Shown here one piece after another: positions 57,822 through 64,000 of a stretch of DNA of 64,000 bases. The stretch is taken from NCBI GenBank assembly GCA_963832745.1, contig CAWHVC010000003.1, positions 64,001 through 128,000 of the forward strand, read 5' to 3'. The position numbers were made by a program, and so were the translations under genes. Each line of letters starts with the position of its first letter. Positions within the stretch are counted from its first letter, which is position 1. This stretch comes from Candidatus Bathyarchaeota archaeon (GTDB taxonomy: Archaea; Thermoproteota; Bathyarchaeia; Bathyarchaeales; Bathycorpusculaceae). The notes beneath the pieces were generated by a model that was not told the origin of the DNA, made no database searches, and saw only the letters and a list, made by a program, of their open reading frames with translations.

Positions 57822-58617
57822 ATGACAGAACAAAACGTTATGGATCCAAAACTGCAATCAAGAATAAAACGTGAAGGCAATACAGTCACAGTTAACGCTG
57901 ACTGTCTCTATTACAGAGACCTAAACTGCATACTACGTGAAGTCATAAAAGATAAAACCGTAGAAAAATTGGTAAGTCATTAACGTGTGTGGACAACGCT
58001 ACATCGGAACAGACCTTGACACAACCATCCCAATCGAAATCAAAGGCATCACCGGAAACGACCTTGGCGCGTTCATGAATGGACCACAAATCACTGTTTA
58101 CGGTCACGCACAAGACGCAAGCGGCAACACAATGAACGAAGGCCAAATAGTAATCCACGGCCACGCAGGCGACTTAACAGGGCACTCAATGAGAGGCGGA
58201 AGAATCTTTGTCCGCGACAACGTCGGTTACCGCGTCGGCATCCACATGAAAGAGTACGAAAACAAAATTCCAACTATCGTCATCGGTGAAACAGCAGGCG
58301 ACTTCCTAGCAGAATACATGGCAGGCGGCATAATCCTAATTTTAGGATTAAACCTTAAAGGCTGCGAAAAATGCATCGCAAGATTTGTCGGCACAGGCAT
58401 GCACGGCGGAGTGATTTATGAGCGCGGAGAAATTCTTGAACCGGAAGAAGGCACAAAAACTGAGGATGCTGACGAGAAGGACATGCAGGTGATTGAAGGC
58501 TTAGTTAAAGAGTACGCAGACTTTTTTGGTGCCGATGCAAAGAAAATTTTGGATGGCAAATTCAAGAAGATTAAGCCGTTGTCCAGCAGGCCATATGCGA
58601 AGCTTTATTCGCATTAA
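57822..58617 (+). pseudogene. Glutamate synthase GXGXG subunit (GltB domain 3) with a 1-nt frameshift near 57973-57975
   Basis: Upstream frame MTEQNV...YYRDLN...VEKL joins VINVCGQRYIG if one base is removed from TTGGTAAGTC; downstream GDFLAEYMAGG, GTGMHGG. Confidence 0.8.
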
Positions 58618-58694
58618 AATTTCTTTTTTTAAAATTTTATATTTTTTTGTTTTGAAAAGTTAAAGTTTTTAAAAAAAGAAAAAAGAAAGTTGTT

Positions 58695-61388
58695 TTAGTG
58701 TTTTCTTAATATAAGCAAAGTTGCTACTGCTAAAGCAATAATTATAGCTAATACGCCAGCAATTACTGTGGTTGTAGTCGTGTTATTTATTGAGTCAATG
58801 TTTGCAACAGAGGATGTCGTTTATGTTGCTTGTGGTGCTTCTGCTACTGTGGCAAAGGTTTCTGCCCAACTGCTGCCGTATGAGTCGTCACCTGCAAATG
58901 TCGCGGTAACCTTGTAGTCACCTGCCATTGTTGGTGTCCAAGTGAATGAGTAGCCGCCTGTAGCATCGCTTGTGGTGTCACCGATGTGTACTCCGTTTCC
59001 ATTGGGGTCAATTGCGTCGATTGAGACTGGAACACCAGTAACTGTTATGTTGTGGTATATGCCGTCAATCGGTTCTTGACCGAATAGGTACTCCATGTAT
59101 GTGCTCATTGAATCTTTGGAGACACATGCAACCTCGTCTAATCCTCGGAGGTTCTTCATTGGTGCTAATGCGCCGCTTTGAGCTGTTGTTGCTGCCACGA
59201 TTCCTGGAGAGTTATCTAATACTTTGCCGGATATGATAACGCTTGTTCCACTAGTCATTTGTGTCTGCGGGGCTGAAACTGTAGTTGTGCTTGTGCCTTT
59301 TCCGAACACGTACATGTAACCGTCATATCTGTCATCGAAAGTTAAGTAACCGTCAGCGACTGCGCCTGCTACACCGCCATCAAGTTTGCTCCAGATAACT
59401 TCGCCTGATGTTGCGTTAATGCACCAGAATCTCCAGCCTCTTGCTAAGGGTTGTGTTGGTGAGTGTTCACCGTTGGCATAGTATAGTTTGCCGTCTGCAA
59501 TTTGAGGTGCGTTGCTAAAGAGTGCAGTGTTTGGATATTGTGGACTTTCGAATGGTACTGCAGGTGTTACTAGGTTCCATGCGATTTTGCCTGTGTCCCA
59601 GTCAAGAGCGTAGAAGCCTGCATATGAGAAATCAAAGAGTAAGCCGCCGTAGGATGCTGTTGTGTAAGCGCCGAAGTCACCCCAAGGATAGGTCATGCCT
59701 TCAGATGTTCCTAATGCGGGGCTTTGCCATGCTAGTTTGCCGTCGGTTAGTGAGAAGCAATCCCAGAATCCGCCTAGACAACGAACTGCGTATTTGCCGT
59801 GGTCTGCGCAGCCGGTGCTTGTGCTATAGAAGATGTCGTTAACTGTTGTGTTCCAGAGTAGCTGACCTGTGGTTAGGCTTGCACCCATGACAAATTGTCC
59901 TTGAGCTGTGCCTGCGCCTGCGGGTATGATTGAGCCAACGCTAATTGCCACCATTGATTCGTAGTCTGCTGTGCCTAAACTGCTGAACGGATAGGATACG
60001 TTACTAAGAATTCTTGTGGCGAAATCAGTGCTTGTTCCAGTGGTTGTCCAGTTTATCAAGCGATAGTTTGGATTGGCTGATGTTCCAGCATTATAGACGC
60101 TTAGAACGAATGGTTCATTGTAGAATGTTCCTGAAGCTACAGGAGCAGTTGAAACATTTAATGTTACTGCGCCGCTCCATGGATCATATTTAATCATTCT
60201 GCTTGAACCAATGTACAGCAGAGAGTAAGTGCCTGCACCTTGTCCTGTTTGGCCTGCGCCAGGTTCAGAACTATATGCAGTGTTGTATGTTACGTATGTC
60301 GGTATTTGAGTTATGCCTGATTGTTCCCAAAGTATTTGGCCGGTTCGTATATCATAGCATTGCCAAACAGCTGTTGTTTGTGTAACAGTTGCTTCGTTGA
60401 CTGTTCTCGTTGCCGGCTTATTTACTGACTGGTAGGCTCTGCCTTGGAAAATAATGTTGGGTGTTCCAGCGTAGTTTCCTTCGCCTGGACCTGCTGAATT
60501 GTAGCCGTATTGACCACCAACGATTCCGCCTAAAGCGCCTTGTCTTGCCCACGCTATGTGTGCAGTGTTAGGTGCTTGGACGTATGGAGTGTACTTGTAG
60601 TTGCTTGCATAAGTGTTTGTGTCTGCAGGCCAGTTAGATCCACCGCCTTGTCCAGCGAATGGGTATTGTCCACCGATAACCCACCATTCTCTATCGCCGT
60701 TAGGTATTGGTCTTGTCCAGTAGTCAGTTGGTAGAGGTTGTCCTTGCCAGCTATTAACCATGTCTTCTTGAACAGTTAAGGATAATTCTTCGCTTGTGGA
60801 GGGTTTATAGTATGCAGATTCAAGGTATGATGGACCTGAAAAAGCTATAAAGGCTGGATTGATTTTTGCGAGTTCTGCCGGAGGTATTTCTGCTCTGCTA
60901 TTATATACTACGCCTTGGAAGTATGTTCCATTGGGGAAATAGTTGCCAGGGAAGTTAAAAACGAATGTCCATGTGCCCACTTGATCTGCTTTATAAGTGA
61001 AATAATTGGTTGCGTCGCCTTGATATGAATTCAATGGTCCAACAGTTTCAGTTGTACCATCAGGTTTTGTTATTTCAACTGTAAATCCTGAAAAGTACCG
61101 GTTTGTTTGTGTTGGCGGTTCCATCCATAAGTTGACAAGGATTTCTTGGTCTTTACCAATTGGGTTAGGGCTGACACTCATGAAAGCTTCTGTAGGGATG
61201 GTTATGCTTGGAGTTACTCCAGTGGGGATACTAGTTTGCCAAGAGGGGTAAGTTGGGGCGCCGGTTTGCTGTAACTGAGCGTTAACTGACGAAGTCGGTA
61301 GGGTTATTGCCAGAATTGTTGACATCAGAAGAACGAGAATAGTTGCGGTTGTATTCATTTTTGCAATATTTCCTATAATTTTTTTCAT
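58695..61388 (-). CDS. Large secreted PQQ-type beta-propeller surface protein; in-frame TAA at 58821-58823 precedes the membrane anchor
   Basis: Signal peptide, LPTDYWTRPI, EHSPTQP, GVPVSIDAIDPNG; 41 in-frame codons after the stop encode a TM helix and RKH. Confidence 0.85.
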
Positions 61389-61829
61389 TTAGTTCTCCTT
61401 TTTTAATTTGTAAAAAACTGGTTTGCATGTTTCACATATTTAAGCTTTGGCAAATTCAATTCCAATCATTTAATTTTTTTAACTTTAAATATTAATTTCA
61501 TAGTTTTTTTCATAAACAAAATCAAAAAAATTAAAAAAGGAGACAACATCATACGAGCCAAAAATTCAGTAACACTATTCAGGCACTATATTTCACTAAT
61601 TTACCTAATGTTACTGGCCTAAAGCCACATGTTTCGTTGATTACTTGGGGGATAACTTGTCAAATGAGAACTATTTTTGACACTATTTTTCAGCCTTAAT
61701 ACGACCGACAGAAAAAATAAAAATTATGTAAAAACTGTTTAAAAATTAAAAATTTTAAGGAAAAACATTGAAAAAGCATTCTACACATTTATTTACAAGC
61801 ATTCAAAAAAATACAGGTGAGGGAATAAG

Positions 61830-62309
61830 ATGAGCAACATTACTAAAATCGACGAAACGGACGTTAAAATATTAACCATGCTAATCAACGATGCAAGGAC
61901 TCGCCTAAAAGACATCGCCGAAGAATGCAAAACCTCATCAGTATCAGTCCTTAACAGAATAAAACGGCTAAGAAACCTTAAGGTCATTACCGGTTCAACA
62001 ATTTTCCCAGACGTAGCCGCCATTGGAATGCCGATTGTCGCCACAATAGGAATAAACATTGACGGAAATAAAGACCAAGAAATAATTAAGGCAATGGAAC
62101 AACAAATCCACATTGTAGAACCTTCATCAAGCGTTGGCGAATACGACATTTGTGGGTTAGTGTTTGCGAAAAACATTAATGAACTTGACAAAATAGCTTA
62201 CTCTATAAAGGAACGATTCGCCGCAAGAAAAATCACTATTAACGTTTGGTCAGGCACTCCAAAAATGGTTTATCAGAACATTGATTTACAGCCGTTAGGA
62301 AGCAGGTAA
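61830..62309 (+). CDS. Lrp/AsnC family regulator
   Basis: IDETDVKILTMLINDARTRLKDIA...RIKRL; GEYDI. Confidence 0.9.
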   Translation: MSNITKIDETDVKILTMLINDARTRLKDIAEECKTSSVSVLNRIKRLRNLKVITGSTIFPDVAAIGMPIVATIGINIDGNKDQEIIKAMEQQIHIVEPSSSVGEYDICGLVFAKNINELDKIAYSIKERFAARKITINVWSGTPKMVYQNIDLQPLGSR

Positions 62310-62311
62310 AG

Positions 62312-62830
62312 ATGGATGAAATTGATTATTTGATTCTTGGCGAATTATTACTTGATGCCCAAATGTCGTTTTTGCAGATCGCTAAAAAATTAAAAATTTC
62401 ATCCTTTACAGTAAAAAGCAGATTCGACAAGATGGTTAAAGAAGGAATAATCCGCAAGGCAATCATCAACATTGACTTGTCTAAACTGGGGTATCAAGGC
62501 AAAGCTTTTCTTTTAATAACTAATGAACCAAACCAGTCTAAAGAAACCACAATAAGTGCCCTTAAAAAAATGGGAAACATCTTAGTTGTAAGCGAAATAC
62601 TGGGACCTTTTGATCTCATAGCTATTGCACCAATTATTGATTTTGACAGCATCAAAGATTTGGTTAATATGGTTAAGAAGATACCAAGCGTGCAGAGAGT
62701 TAATGTGACACTTGTTAATGAAACGATGTTTCCTCTTAGCGACACTTTTGGAAAAATGATAAGCCAAGCAAGTCATGAATCTGCAGAGGCAATAAAGGGA
62801 TTAAAAAAAGGAAGAAAAATTCCTTTTTAG
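62312..62830 (+). CDS. Lrp/AsnC family regulator
   Basis: MDEIDYLILGELLLDAQMSFLQIAKKL; KLGY; GPFDL. Confidence 0.9.
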   Translation: MDEIDYLILGELLLDAQMSFLQIAKKLKISSFTVKSRFDKMVKEGIIRKAIINIDLSKLGYQGKAFLLITNEPNQSKETTISALKKMGNILVVSEILGPFDLIAIAPIIDFDSIKDLVNMVKKIPSVQRVNVTLVNETMFPLSDTFGKMISQASHESAEAIKGLKKGRKIPF

Positions 62831-64000
62831 GGTCGTTTTCTGAGTACTAATATTGTAGCAATTGCAACAGCGATTATTACTGCTACAGCTGAACCGATAG
62901 TGTAGAGTTCTATTGGCGGCATTACAATACTGCTTGTTGTTGCGGGGGGTGTTGTTTCTGCTGCTGCGCCTACTACGATGCCTGTTGAAGCTCCTGAGCT
63001 ACCGTAGGATTTGTCGCCTGCAAATGAAGCAATAATTTCGTATGCACCTTCATTTGGCGGTGTCCATTCGCAACTGAAAGTGCCATAGTATCCGTTGGTT
63101 GTCACTGTGCCGATTGGAACAGAGTTGCCGTTTGAATCCATCGCTATCAAAGTAACAGGGACACCTGTTATGGTTTCGTTGCCCCAAAGTCCACCGATCG
63201 GCATTTGCTTGTGCAGGTACTCCATTTGTATGGTCATTGACTCTTGGCTTACACATGGTGTTCCTAACTGTGCGGGGGATAGGTCGAGAACTGTTCCTTT
63301 GATTACTACGCCTGTGCCTTGTGGTATTACAACGTCTGGAGCGGTTACGGTGGTTTCGCTTTTACCTTTGCCTAAGACGTATAATGTACCAGTGTAGGAT
63401 TCAGATAAGCTCATGTATCCATCAACGGTTGCACCTATCGTTCCGGTGAGCATCATGTCAAATATTTTTTCTCCATTTGTTATGTTAATGCAGTTTAGTT
63501 TCCAGCCTCTTGTAATTGGTTGTGTTGGTGAGTGTTCAGTGTTAACAGTGTAAAGTTTACCGTCGATAGCATATGAGTAACCGTTGAATGACATTACTGT
63601 GGTGCCGTTCTTGTTAATGTATGGCGTTTCGAATGGACTTACTGCGGGGGCTTCGTATTTCCAAACGATTTTTCCTGTGTCCCAGTCAAACGCGTAAACT
63701 CCAGTATAACCGTCTCGGAAGAACATGCCATAGGCTGACGTTGTATCGTATGCGCCGAAGCTGTTTGCGTCCCATTGGGCATCCATTTTTTCGCTTGTCC
63801 ACTTTAGTTCGCCTGTTCTTATGTCAAGCCCTTTGAATTCACCCCAAGCATTAAGGAAAGCGTATGTTCCTTTATCACAAAGGTCACTTGCACTGCTATA
63901 ACCCATGAATTCTTGTGCACCTGCTGGAGCAATCGTCTTGTTTACTAGCACTTGACCTGTTTTCATGTCGACAGTTATGAGTCTCATTTCAGGTGTTGTT
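62827..64000 (-). CDS. PQQ-type beta-propeller surface protein, paralog of 58695-61388 (5' part outside window)
   Basis: EHSPTQPITRGW, GTVLDLSPAQ, GVPVTL, intact C-terminal TM and RKRP. Confidence 0.85.
   Translation of the reverse strand, partial: TTPEMRLITVDMKTGQVLVNKTIAPAGAQEFMGYSSASDLCDKGTYAFLNAWGEFKGLDIRTGELKWTSEKMDAQWDANSFGAYDTTSAYGMFFRDGYTGVYAFDWDTGKIVWKYEAPAVSPFETPYINKNGTTVMSFNGYSYAIDGKLYTVNTEHSPTQPITRGWKLNCINITNGEKIFDMMLTGTIGATVDGYMSLSESYTGTLYVLGKGKSETTVTAPDVVIPQGTGVVIKGTVLDLSPAQLGTPCVSQESMTIQMEYLHKQMPIGGLWGNETITGVPVTLIAMDSNGNSVPIGTVTTNGYYGTFSCEWTPPNEGAYEIIASFAGDKSYGSSGASTGIVVGAAAETTPPATTSSIVMPPIELYTIGSAVAVIIAVAIATILVLRKRP

Noticed and set aside
1-64000. Genome-wide stop-codon reassignment suggested by several in-frame TAA/TAG codons
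   Set aside because: Conserved genes end normally at TAA and TAG, and the interrupted positions imply different amino acids.

Overview
Archaeal chromosomal window, TACK-like. Candidatus Bathyarchaeia is my inference from the expanded secreted PQQ-type beta-propeller proteins plus top6AB, cdc48, aIF5B, the rps15-RecJ/Cdc45-pcc1 operon and a split glutamate synthase; it is not a database result. The main structure is an 8,130-bp AT-rich integrative element (6054-14229) bounded by 46-bp direct repeats. It is inserted in an intron-containing tRNA-Arg(CCU) and carries an SSV/pTN3-style split tyrosine integrase and many tiny, often zinc-finger, ORFs, but no recognisable capsid, replicase or relaxase. 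A decaying accessory region lies to its left and a solo Cas4-like nuclease to its right. The core region holds several unusual items: a voltage-sensor domain fused to a CorA transporter; a Cys-cluster multi-wHTH regulator with a stand-alone HemA dimerisation domain behind a TTGAC/GTCAA operator array; a beta-propeller fused to an apparently dead M50 protease domain; and a dispersed ~50-bp intergenic repeat family. Several genes are interrupted by single stops or frameshifts, which may be real decay or assembly errors. All calls come from reading motifs by eye.
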